From positions 54,808,001 to 54,872,000 of the forward strand of contig NC_043002.1 in the NCBI RefSeq assembly GCF_006345805.1: a DNA stretch of 64,000 bases, given 5' to 3'. Below are positions 11,915-23,049 of the stretch, piece after piece. Position 1 is the first letter of the stretch; every line of letters begins with the position of its first letter. The notes beneath the pieces are model-generated. The model had not been told where the DNA came from and ran no database searches. It saw only the letters and a list, made by a program, of their open reading frames with translations. The position numbers and the translations under genes were made by a program. The stretch comes from Octopus sinensis. Its lineage: Eukaryota.

Positions 11915-12200
11915 GTCATCACACTTCATCTTCATCATTATCATCATTGCCATCATCATCATTGTCATCATCATCATCATCATCATTGTCATCGCCACTA
12001 TCATCATCATCATCATTGCTGTCATTGTCATCGTCATCGTCACCATCATCATCGTCGCCGTCGTCACCACCATCATCATCATTATCATCACCATCATCAC
12101 CACCATCACTACCACTACTACCATCATCACTGTCAGCATCATAATCATTGTCATCATCCTCATCCTCATCTTCATCATTATCATCATCATCATCACCATC
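11915..12200. repeat. Degenerate (CAT/CAC)n array
   Basis: Directly visible; source of the poly-His and poly-Ser ORFs. Confidence 0.9.
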
Positions 12201-12862
12201 AGCTCAGTCATTTTTCTTCACATAGTTCTGAGTTCAAGCTCTCCTTTTCCACAAAGAACCTCTTCTACTTTCCTCTCTGTATATTCTAAATGCGAAGCTG
12301 GTCTTGTTGTTGGTTTTAGACCAGAATTTGTTGTTGTCAATCAGGAAATTCTATGCAAACAACTTCCAAACTTTCAAGTGATGACATCACTGCAGATCTG
12401 TCCAATCAGATTTGTTCTGGAGTGCATAGAATGCATATAGATTTAAAGAGAGAGAGAGAGAGAGAGAAAGGTGTTGAGGAGATAGGAGTGAGTAGATGCA
12501 TTCATGTGTGAAATGAGACAGTGTTTGATTTCAGGTGTTGTTTGACAAGCAAGCTTGTTAGCAGGAAGAGTTTGTCCCACAAATGACCGAAACTGCAACT
12601 TACTTAAAATCACTCAATCCCAGGAGACATTTATATTCATTCTCTCTCTCTCTCTCTCTCTCTTTCTCACTAATACATATCTATCTACAGAACCTGTTCA
12701 ATAAAATCTCTGCATAAAAATTAATTTGTGTTGTTCCGCATCGGACTGCTATGTCCAATACTACAAATATATGATGAATCAAAAATCATGTCCTCTCTCT
12801 TATCCTTTCATCAAAATTTCCATTCATCTCATTGTTAATGTGGCAACACCCTCCATTTCTGA

Positions 12863-13247
12863 TTTATCAGTCATTAGACCATGGCCATGCTGGAGTAGCA
12901 GCTTAAAGAAATTTTAGTCAAATGAATCAACCTCAGCACTTTTTTAAAGCCTAGTACTTATTTCATTGGTTTCCTTTGCCAAACTACCAAGTTACAGGGA
13001 TGTAAACACACCAACACTGGTTGTCAAGAAGTGAAGTGGGGGCAAACACAGTCACAAAGACACACACACACACACACACACACACAGATACAACGGACTT
13101 CTTTCAGTTTCCATCAACTAAAACCTCTCCTAAGGCTTTGGTCAGCCTGAGGCTTTAGTAGAAGACAATCCAAAACGACAAGAAGTGGGACTGAACCTAA
13201 AACCATGTGGTTGGTTGGTAAGCTTCTTACCTCACAGCCATACCTTC
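12863..13247 (-). mobile_element. CORE-type SINE family A (diverged)
   Basis: Reverse match to the family A tail (cagtcatt..ggccatgctggag) and head (aaccatgtgg..aagcttcttacc). Confidence 0.75.
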
Positions 13248-13544
13248 ACCTATGTTTACTTTGTTTTAACATCATTTTTATGTTAAAGTGTTGGATACAA
13301 CCATCCAATGAGGAATGGCAGGAACAGCACATTGCTGTCTAAATAAATGTAGAACAAGAGACACAAAGAAAATTCTATGACTTCGGTGAAAATTCTCGAT
13401 GTTGCAGTACTTTTAAGAAACAAAAGGATGAGACGTTTCTTTGGTTGAAAGCTTTCACACATTGCACCAGGCAAAACAACTCTCTACAGAAGGTCAGAGC
13501 TTAATATCAATAAATTCATTTATTGATCAATAGAAAAAAATAAA

Positions 13545-13760
13545 GGATGACGAGCTGGCAGAAATGTTAGCATGCTAAGAGAAATGCTTAGCGGTATTTC
13601 GTCTGCAGTTACCTTCTGAGTTCAAATTCCACTGAGGTCGACTTTGCCTTTCATCCTTTTGGAGTTGATTAAATAAGTACCAGTTACACACTGGGGTCGA
13701 TGTAATTGAATTAATTCCCTTCCCGAAGCTGTCCTTGTGGCAAAAATTTCATATTATCAT
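13545..13760 (+). mobile_element. SINE family B
   Basis: gagctggcagaaatgttagc...gtcgactttgcctttcatcc. Confidence 0.75.
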
Positions 13761-13894
13761 CATCATCATTATTATTGTCATCATCATCATCATTAAGGTG
13801 GTGAGCTGGCAGAATCTTTAGCATGCCAGGTGAAATGCTTAGTCCCATTTACAGCTGAGTAGACTGGAGCAATGGGAAATGAAGTGTTTTGAGT

Positions 13895-14045
13895 GGTTGG
13901 CAATAGGAAGGGCACCCAACCATAGAAGCATCCATGCCAAAGCCGAGGACAACTGGAGCCTGGTGCAGTCTTCTGACTTTTGCCAGTGCCTGTCAAACCA
14001 TCCAACCCATGCTAGCAGGGAAAATGGACGTTAAATGATGATGAA
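13895..14045 (+). mobile_element. RTE 3'-UTR tail copy seeding a long (GAT/GGT)n array to about 14935
   Basis: aggaagggcacccaacc...ccaacccatgctagcagggaaaatggacgttaaat(gat)n. Confidence 0.7.
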
Positions 14046-15429
14046 GATGACAACAGCGACAGTGAAGATGGTGATGATGATGACGACGATAATGATGATG
14101 ATCGTGATGATGATGGTGGTGGTGGTGGCGGCGGTGGTGGTGGTGATGGTGATGATGATGATGATGATGCTGATGGTAATGATGATGATGATGATGATGA
14201 CGACGACGACGATGAAGTTGATGATGCCAATAGTGATGGTGATGATGATGATGATGATGATGATAATGACAACTATGATGATGATGACAGCAATGATGGA
14301 AAGGTTTAATAATAGTGATGACAAGCGATGCCAATGCGGAATGCTAATAATGCTAATTACGGTAATTATGATAATGAGGTTGGTGATGAGACATTGTCAA
14401 CAATAGCATTAATGACCAAGTTAAAACAATAATGATGCTGATGCCTATGATGAGGATAATGGCAACGGATGGCAGCGGAATTCATGGAAATCTAAGTTCC
14501 TTGTGGCTTTTAGTTCCATCCATTCATATTTCTAAATTCCAATCCTGCAATTCTTGGCATTGCCCTGCACTGTTCTTGGTTCTGCAACATAAACAAGAGT
14601 CAAAGAGCAGAGTCATGTACAAGCAATTCTAATTCTCACAACTGGAAGCGAAATATTCTGCTCTAGTACCAATGTAGGAGATAAATAATAAAGCTGATGG
14701 TGGTGGTGGTGGTGGTGGTGGTGGTGGTGATGGTGGTGATGATGATGATGGCAATTATGACGATGATGATGATGATGGTGATTTTGATGATGATGATGAT
14801 GATGATGGCGATTATGATGATGATGGCAATGATGATGATAATGATGATGGTGACAGTGATAGTAATGACAATGGTGATAGTGATGACCATGGTGATGATG
14901 ATGATGATGGCAATGACGGTAACGAAAGTGATGATGCTAATTTTCCACCCAAGCCCAAGGCCGCTGGTTCGTGTAATCTTTGCTGGCGTGGCTGTCAGCT
15001 TGGCTCAGTTCCATTTGAACCTTGGCTGAGAGCTCCACCTCTGCATGCTTTCAACATAGAATGAGGTAAAACAAATAACACAATGTATTTTCCTGATAAA
15101 TTCCTCTATTTACATAATATCAAGGTCTCATTCATTCTTTTGTTGTCATTTAAAATTCTCCACCAAACCTTAGTCACAATTTATGTTCCTAACATTAGCT
15201 CAATGATAAGTTACGTTATTTTACTAAATTCTTTGTTGTATTTAAAATTAATTGAAAGAAACACAGAATGTCTCAACAGAAATATGGTAACAAAAGGGTA
15301 AAATAACTATAATGTGCTGTTCAGTGGCATGTCAGGATTTGTTTTTATGCAACATGGTGCAACCTGAGGAGCTGAGAGGTTCTCTGATATGTTTTGCTAT
15401 GTCTTAGAGATGTTGCCCTTCCATACATA

Positions 15430-16720
15430 CGAGGGGCGTTCAATAAGTAATGCCTCTGACCCACTTGCCTTTGTTTGATCTAGCTGAAATTTTGCATGTG
15501 CAATTATTTATATCTCTATAGATTAAGTGGCAAATTACAGTTCCGAACTAATTGTGGTTTCTGATTTACAGGTGTTTGAAATGAGTCAAGTGTGAAATGG
15601 AGCATGTTGAGTGTCAAGCAGTGATCCGGTTTTGTATTTGAAATGACGCACACCACAGGAGACTTTTAATGAAATGAAAGTAACTTATGGTGATGATACC
15701 TCATCATATGACCTTGTAAAACGCTGGCATCGTGAATTCAAACATGGTCGGAACTCTGTGGAAACAGCTGCCAGATCTGGTCGCACCCCTTCTGCCATTG
15801 ATGAGGCATCTGTCCGTCAAGTTGAGGCTGCCATTTTGGAAGATCGACACATAACTATTCGCCAAATAGCCCATGAGGTCAAGATTAGTACCGGGTCTGT
15901 GGAAACTATCATTCATGACCATTTGCATATGCAAAAGGTGTCTGCCAGATGGATTTCCAGGTTGCTCACACTTTTCCAGAAGCAAGAATGCAAGAATTCC
16001 AGAAGCAAGAATTTAGGGATGTGCTAAGAAGATGAGTCAAAATTTTTCAAAAGACTGATTACACAGGATGAGACCTGGGTCCATCACTATGATCCAGAGA
16101 CCAAAGCCCAGTCAATGCAGTGGAAGCACCATGACTCACCTCCTCCAAAGAAGGCAAGGGTGCAGCCTTCCGCTGGCAAGGTCATGCTCACAGTCTTCTG
16201 GAACCAGGACGGAGTTGTGATGACAGATTTCCTGGCAAAGGGTACCACAATTACAGGAGCCTATCATGTTTCACTTTTGAGGAAATTAAGAGAAGCTATC
16301 GAAACCAAGAGGCGGGGCAAGATCAGCAAAGGCATCCTCCTCCTGCAGGACAACGCTCTGGTCCACAACTCGTGTGTCGCCAGATCAGAAGCACAGGCGT
16401 GCGGCTCTGAACTCTTCCCCCATCCCCCTACTCTCCTGACCTTGCACCCTCTGATTTTCACCTCTTCCCAGCCATGAAGTTGTTTTTGAAAGGAAAGCGT
16501 TTCCCAGATGATGCAGCCTTGATTTCTGAAGTCACGTCGTGGTTGGAGGACCAAGCTGGGGTCTTCTACGAAAACGGTCTCCAGAACTGCATCAAACGAT
16601 GGGAGAAATGCGTACCTCTGGGTTGTTCCTATGTAGAAAAAGACTAATACCTGTGCCAAGTTTCGTTGCTCTACTGCTATGGGAAGTGGGTCAGGGGCAT
16701 TACTTATTGAACGCCTCTCG
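15430..16720 (+). mobile_element. Mariner (DD34D) DNA transposon, complete 1291-bp copy with disrupted transposase
   Basis: TA at 15428-29 and 16721-22. About 37-40-bp TIRs (cgaggggcgttcaataagtaatgcctctgacccactt / aagtgggtcaggggcattacttattgaacgcctctcg). Motifs WISRLL, DETW, QDNA and YSPDLAPSDFHLF, with 34 residues between the 2nd and 3rd Asp. Confidence 0.95.
15597..16648 (+). pseudogene. Mariner transposase pseudogene (Himar1/irritans-like)
   Basis: ATG at 15597 (MEHVECQAVIRF), then a frameshift. ORF pieces at 15674-16027 and 16115-16477, a short duplication near 15975-16010, and a 1-nt deletion in HPP/YSPD near 16428. C-terminus ...RWEKCVPLGCSYVEKD*. Confidence 0.9.
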
Positions 16721-16837
16721 TACCTGCCTCTACACTGTTATAATGATGTAAAATTTCTTAATGGAACAATTGTAGATACTTTATGATTGATTCATTTGTT
16801 TTTATATATACATACACACACACACACACACATATAC

Positions 16838-16999
16838 ATGCAGGAGTGGTTGTGTGGTAGGTTGCTTCCCAACCACATGGTCTCAGGTTCAGTCCCACTG
16901 CATGGCACCTTGAGCAAGTGTCTTCTACTATATCCTCAGGCTGACCAAAGTCTTGTGAGCGGATTTAGTAAACGGAAACTGGAAGAAGTCCGTAGTATA
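16838..16999 (+). mobile_element. CORE-type SINE family A, 5' half
   Basis: caggagtggttgtgtggtagg...ggcaccttgagcaagtgtcttctactata...aaacggaaactgg. Confidence 0.75.
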
Positions 17000-17000
17000 T

Positions 17001-17035
<35 letters not shown>

Positions 17036-17049
17036 ATATATATATATAT

Positions 17050-17255
17050 CGTGGAAGTGCAATGGTCCAGTGGTTAGGGCAGCAGACTCACAGTCATAGG
17101 ATCACGGTTTCGATTCCCAGACTAGGTGTTGTGAGTGTTTATTGACCGAAAACACCTAAAGCCCCACGAAGCTTCGGTAGGGGTTGGTGGCAATCCCTGC
17201 TGTATTCTTTTGCCAAAACTTTCTCTCACTCTTTCTTGTGGGTAGTAAAGAAATA
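17050..17255 (+). mobile_element. tRNA-derived SINE family C
   Basis: tRNA-like head gtggaagtgcaatggtccagtggttagggcagcagactcacag...ggtttcgattccc; a reverse copy lies at 47955-48143. Confidence 0.7.
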
Positions 17256-17425
17256 GGTATTTTGTCTGCCTTTATGTTCTGAGTGCAAATTCTGTTGAGG
17301 TCGACTTTGCCTTTCATCCTTTCAGGGTCAATAAATTAAGTACCAGTTGCATTCTGGGGTCGATCTAATCGACTGGCCTCCTCCCCACCCAAATTTCAGG
17401 CCTTATGCCTAGAGTAGAAAAGAAT
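17255..17425 (+). mobile_element. SINE family B, 3' part
   Basis: ttctgagtgcaaattctgttgaggtcgactttgcctttcatcc...ggggtcgatctaatc. Confidence 0.7.
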
Positions 17426-18013
17426 ATTACACAATACTTCACCCAAGCTATTCTATTTAAACAATAAATATTAGAAGAAAAATAGGATGAACACATACTT
17501 AAAAGCAACGTGTATTAAAAGCGATGAAACACTAGTCTTCCCTATGCTGCTCCAAATTAAATGAAAGCTGCATATATTTAAAATGATTTGAGTTTCTATA
17601 TGATAATAATCAATATAAAAGCTGGTGGGCTGATTTCTCCAGTCATGCCTTTCATTGTACAGAGAGAGAGGGGGAGGGACAGAAAGAGAGACAGACAAGC
17701 AGAGACAGAAAGAGTTAACTTAAGAGACACAGGATAGGTGTGTGTACAAAGTTTTGTGGAAGGGAGAGGGAAGGAGGGGGAATAAATGAGAGAGAAGTTA
17801 TGGCAGGAGTTATACAAAGAAGAAATTTGTTGTATTTAATTTAAAGTCAACAGATATAATTCTTTTGAAAAGAGCATTCATTTTTTAATTTTTTTTTATA
17901 TAAGTACCAAGAAATTTGATGAAAAGCTAAATTATAATTATTGTATGTAGGCCAGAGATCAGGAAAGGCCATTTGGAAGGTCTCAACAATCATAGGAAGA
18001 TGATTTAGTTAAG

Positions 18014-18171
18014 CAAGAGTGGATGTGTGGTAAGAAGCTTGCTTTCCAACCACATGGTTCTGGGTTCAGTCCCACTGCATGGCACCTTGGGAAAGTGTCT
18101 TCTGCTATAGCCTCAGGCTGACCAAAGCCTTATGAATGGATTTGGTAGATGGAAACTGAAAGAAGCCCATC

Positions 18172-18205
<34 letters not shown>

Positions 18206-18395
18206 GTATTTGTGTGTCTGTGTTTGTCCTCCCCATCATTGCTTACAACCGATCCTGGTGTGTTTACATCTCCATCACTTAGTGGCTTGCTTTATAAAGA
18301 CTGATAGAATAAGTATTAGGCTTACACTGGGATCGATTTGTTTGACTAAAGGCAGTGCTCCAGCATGGCTACAGTCAGATGACTGAAACAAGCAA
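18014..18395 (+). mobile_element. CORE-type SINE family A
   Basis: Full head, microsatellite and tail match to 5912-6313. Confidence 0.8.
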
Positions 18396-18619
18396 AAAAA
18401 AAGATGGAAAAGAATGGCAGTCAAGACAGAATTTGAAGCTCACTGGGACCAGTGGCGTACATCAGCATCTGATGGCCAAGCCAGTATTATGATTATTGTG
18501 ATATTGTGATACTGTATGTGGGTTATGTTTCCTGCTGTTACCCATTATGGCAAAAACTACACTTCCAAAGTTACTGATCATCACATGATAAAGTATTTAG
18601 TGTTTCAGAAAGATTCTTA

Positions 18620-18855
18620 AGTCAGCGAACTGGCAGAAATGTTAGCACGCTGGGTGAAATGCTTTACAGTATTTCGGCTGTATTTTGTTCCGAGTTCAAA
18701 TTCCGCCAAGGTCGACTTTGCCTTTCATCCTTTCGGGGTTGATAAATTAAGTACCAGTTATGCACTGGAGTTGATATAATCGACTTCATCCCTTTGTCTG
18801 TCCTTGTTTGTCCCCACTAAGTTTAGCCTCTTGTGGGCAATAAAGAAATAAGAAA
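18620..18855 (+). mobile_element. SINE family B
   Basis: gaactggcagaaatgttagcacgc...gtcgactttgcctttcatcctttcggggttgataaattaagtaccag. Confidence 0.8.
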
Positions 18856-18899
18856 ATGGGGGCCATGAGTAACATCATCTGTCAGTTGCCTCATTCTTT

Positions 18900-19110
18900 T
18901 CTACTCTAGGTACAAGGCCCGAAATTTTTTGGGAGAGGCCAGTTGATTAGATCAACCCCAGTATGTAACTGGTACTTAATTTATCGACCCTGATAGGATG
19001 AAAGGTAAAGTCGACCTCTGTAGAATTTGAACTCAGAACATAAAGACAGACGAAATACTGCTAAGCATTTTGCCTGGTGTGCTAACGTTTCTGCCATCTC
19101 ACCGTCTTTT
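18900..19110 (-). mobile_element. SINE family B (inverted relative to 18620-18855)
   Basis: ctggtacttaatttatcgaccc..ggatgaaaggtaaagtcgacc..gaatttgaactcagaac. Confidence 0.8.
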
Positions 19111-19139
19111 GGTTGCCTTATTCTACAAAGTGTCTTAGT

Positions 19140-19440
19140 GGTTATGATATTTGTCTTGAGATTATGACTTTGATTCCCAGTGGCAAATTGTGTCCTTGAA
19201 GAAGATATTTTATTTCACATTGCTCAAGTTCCACTCAGCTGGTAAAATTGAATTGTACCTGTAATTCAAAGGGGCCATCTTTGTCACACTCTGTGTCGTG
19301 CTGAATCTCCCTGAGAACTGTGTTAAGGGTACATGTGTCTGTGGAAGGCCCAACCTTTTGCATGTTTATTGCACAAGGAGGCTGTTCCACCGATCAGATC
19401 AATTGGATCCCTCGTCACGGTGGATGACAGAGTGCCAATC
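19140..19440 (+). mobile_element. SINE-like repeat family E
   Basis: acctgtaattcaaagggg..tttgtcacactctgtgtc..gctgaatctccc is shared with 47775-47950(-) and 62615-62810(+). Confidence 0.65.
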
Positions 19441-19554
19441 TTATGCTGCATAGCTCCATTCAAATAATTTGGCAGCATGTTGCTCTTTATGTCATGATGG
19501 ATAAATTTTCTCATCTTCACCACGTCTCCCCACCCATCATATATATATATACTC

Positions 19555-19755
19555 ACCATGATTGATCACTAGCCACTAAACCATTTTTTTATTTTCTCTC
19601 CCTGTTTATTTCTGTGTTCCTTTCTGCTGAAGAGCGTAGGCTCGAAATGTAAAAGACTTTCTCACTTCCCAAGTGTTAAACTAATACATCTGTTTGCTGT
19701 TTACACACCTGTCTTCGTTTTTTTGTATTGTTTTTTTTTTGTAAATTCCAACTAT
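19555..19755 (+). mobile_element. HHR-bearing repeat family 2 copy (motif 19620-19655)
   Basis: CTTT-CTGCTGA-A-GAGC(GTAG)GCTC-GAAA-T-GT-A-AAAG. Confidence 0.7.
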
Positions 19756-19974
19756 ATATATGTGGGTGTGTTTGTGTGTGTGTAAGAAAAAGTGATATTA
19801 ATATATTATGTATATATATATATATATGTATGTATATCTAAATATATGAATATATATATATATGTGTGTGTGTGTGTATCCTAATGCAATTGAAACAGTT
19901 GCTGAATTTCTAAATGATTTTAGGTGTGATCTTAAATAAGTATATGATTTTCTTTGTACATATTATTTGTTTAT

Positions 19975-20318
19975 GTGGCCGTTGCCAGCCTCGCCTGGCC
20001 CCCATGCCGGTGGCACGTAAAAGCACCATCCGATCATGGCCATTGCCAGCCTCGCCTGGCCCCCATGCCGGTGGCACGTAAAAAGCACCATCCGTCCATG
20101 GCCGTCTGCCGTCTCCGTCTGTCACCTGTGCGGGTGGCTCGTAAAAAGCACCCACTACACTCACAGAGTGGTTGGCGTTAGGAAGGGCATCCAGCTGTAG
20201 AAACACTGCCAGATCAGACTGGGCCTGATGCAGCCTTCTGGCTTCACAGACCCCAGTTGAACCGTCCAACCCATGCTAGCATGGAAAGCGGACGCTAAAT
20301 GATGATGATGATGATGAT
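19975..20318 (+). mobile_element. RTE 3'-UTR copy with repeated gccggtggcacgtaaaagcacc modules
   Basis: Matches the 3' UTR of the RTE at 24900-25350; (GAT)n tail. Confidence 0.85.
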
Positions 20319-20773
20319 ATATATATATACATATATAAAGAATTTGAGTCCAGGAAAAGGGAAACTGGAGGTGATCCAGCAGTGCCCTCAAATCTACTCA
20401 CCTGAAGATGTGCAGATACAGAGGTATTGTTGTATCATATTGATGTAATAATGTGTAATATGTGAAACACTCAGCAATTACCAACTGATAGTAATGCACA
20501 CAAACAATTGTAATAATTTGGATTAAAGCCTGTTTGTTCTATCTTCTTGTATTAAAATTATGAGCCTCAGCAAGGCTAGTGAGACATTGAAAAACTCTAT
20601 ATTCTGTTGTCTAAGAAAGATCATTACAACATGACAAATTTACTTTGTACCAAATAGTGTGTGTGATTAATTGATAAAAAAAAGTAAAAAAGAAAAAGTG
20701 ACCACCTCCAAGTATAACAATATATATATATAACAATATATATATATATATATGTATATATATATGTATATAT

Positions 20774-20864
<91 letters not shown>

Positions 20865-20904
20865 ATATGGATTTATGTATATAATATATATATATCATCA
20901 TTAT

Positions 20905-21215
20905 CATCATCATCATCATCATTTAGCGTCCGCTTTCCATGCTAGCATGGGTTGGACGGTTCAACTGGGGTCTGTGAAGCTAGAAGGCTGCATCAGGCCC
21001 AGTCTGATCTGGCAGTGTTTCTACGGCTGGATGCCCTTCCTAACGCCAACCACTCCGTGAGTGTAGTGGGTGCTTTTTACGCGCCGCCCGCACAGGTGCC
21101 AGACGGAGCTGGCAAACGGCCACGAACGGATGGTACTTTTATGTGCCACCGGCATGGGGGCCAGGCGAGGCTGGCAACGGACATGAACGGATGGTGCTTT
21201 TACGTGCCACCGGCA
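20905..21215 (-). mobile_element. RTE 3'-UTR copy, near-identical inverted partner of 19975-20318
   Basis: Reverse complement match; ORFs 19910-20269(-) and 20952-21476(+) both begin MDGSTGVCEARRLHQAQSDLAVFL. Confidence 0.85.
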
Positions 21216-21290
21216 CGGAGGTCACATATACGGAGGTCACATATACGGAGGTCACATATACGGAGGTCACATATACGGAGGTCACATATA
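21216..21290 (+). repeat. Perfect 15-bp tandem repeat x5 (cggaggtcacatata)
   Basis: Five exact copies read directly. Confidence 0.95.
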
Positions 21291-21574
21291 CACTATATCT
21301 CCCATCCTAATCCTAATCAGCAACTGAATTTACCTAAATCTCTGTTCTGCCTGTCTCACTATCTGACTTGTGTCTATCTGTCTCCGTCTGTCTGCCTGTC
21401 TGCCTGTCTGTGTTTCTTTTTTTCTCTCCATCGCCCCACCTTCTCTCAATCTCTCTCTTTCCCTCCCTTTCATTAAATTTCAAAAGAATAATTGGTTTTA
21501 CTTTTTCTTTTCCACTCCCTCCCTGTTCACACTTCACCAACATGGCCCATTTCTCACATTACTTCACAAGATAC

Positions 21575-21616
<42 letters not shown>

Positions 21617-21644
21617 ATATATATATGATATATAATTATATATA

Positions 21645-21717
<73 letters not shown>

Positions 21718-21737
21718 TATAATATACATATATATAT

Positions 21738-21773
<36 letters not shown>

Positions 21774-21814
21774 CATATATATATATGATATATATATATA
21801 CATACATATATATA

Positions 21815-21870
<56 letters not shown>

Positions 21871-21978
21871 ATATATATATATGATATATATATATGTATG
21901 TATATATATATATGTATGTATATATATATATGATATATATATATGTATGTATATATATATGATATATATATATGTATG

Positions 21979-22029
<51 letters not shown>

Positions 22030-22542
22030 ATGTATGTATGCATATATAAACTATTATATACAATGATGATTTATGCTGCTGATGATGATGCTAATGATAA
22101 TGGTGATGATGATGATGATTATGATGATGATGATGATGATGATGAAAATGATGATGATGGTGATGGTAATGGTGGTGGTGGTGGTGGTGGTGGTGTTGAC
22201 AGTGGTGGCAGTGACGGTAGGTGCTTGTGGTTGATTAGCCCTGGGTCAGCTCTGATCAAGCAGACTATGATCAAATCTATGCTATCACGTCCATGACCAA
22301 CCTGCCTCATTTTCCAGGTGCTGTGTACAATAAAGAAAAAAAAACATCTTCTCATGGTCCTTTTATTTCCTGATGATTGAAAGCAATTTGGTGGAGATTT
22401 GGCTACTGTTTCTAGGAAGTCGAGCAACCGCGTGCAGGCTTCATCATTTTTGCTGGTGGTGGAGGTGGTGGAGGTGGTGATGCTCATGATGATGACATCA
22501 ATTATGATGGCAACCACAATGGCAACAATGGCAATAATAATG

Positions 22543-22586
<44 letters not shown>

Positions 22587-22706
22587 GATAATGATGATGA
22601 TGATTTTGGTGTCCATTATTCATATTCATTTGCTGGCAAAATACACTAGACACTTCTTTCTATTATGCTGATAAAGATAGCATGTGTATGTGTGTATTGT
22701 GTGTAT

Positions 22707-22739
<33 letters not shown>

Positions 22740-22758
22740 GTATGGGTGTATATATTAT

Positions 22759-22806
<48 letters not shown>

Positions 22807-23049
22807 AATGTATACATATACATCTATAATATATGCCCGCAGCTCTGAGCTGTGAAACAAGAAAAACAAATATGCATCTCTCTCTCTCTATATATATATA
22901 TATACATCTACATATATACATATACATCTATAGGTATATAAATACATCTATACATATACATGTATACATATACATGTATATATATAGATCTATATATATA
23001 CATGTATATATATACATTTGTGCAGCTGTATACATATATACATATATAA

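Noticed and set aside
19624-19655. Alternative register reading CTGAAGA as a canonical core in the family-2 motif
   Set aside because: That register destroys both stem I and stem II pairing; the CTGYTGA-A register gives perfect helices.
21216-21290. Regular repeats as a possible CRISPR-like array (also 36620-36785 and 51700-52420)
   Set aside because: No unique spacers between repeats, eukaryotic context, and no cas genes.
22370-22382. CTGATGA-tt-GAAA hammerhead-like string
   Set aside because: Only 2 nt lie between the half-cores, so there is no stem II, and there is no stem III or NUH site.
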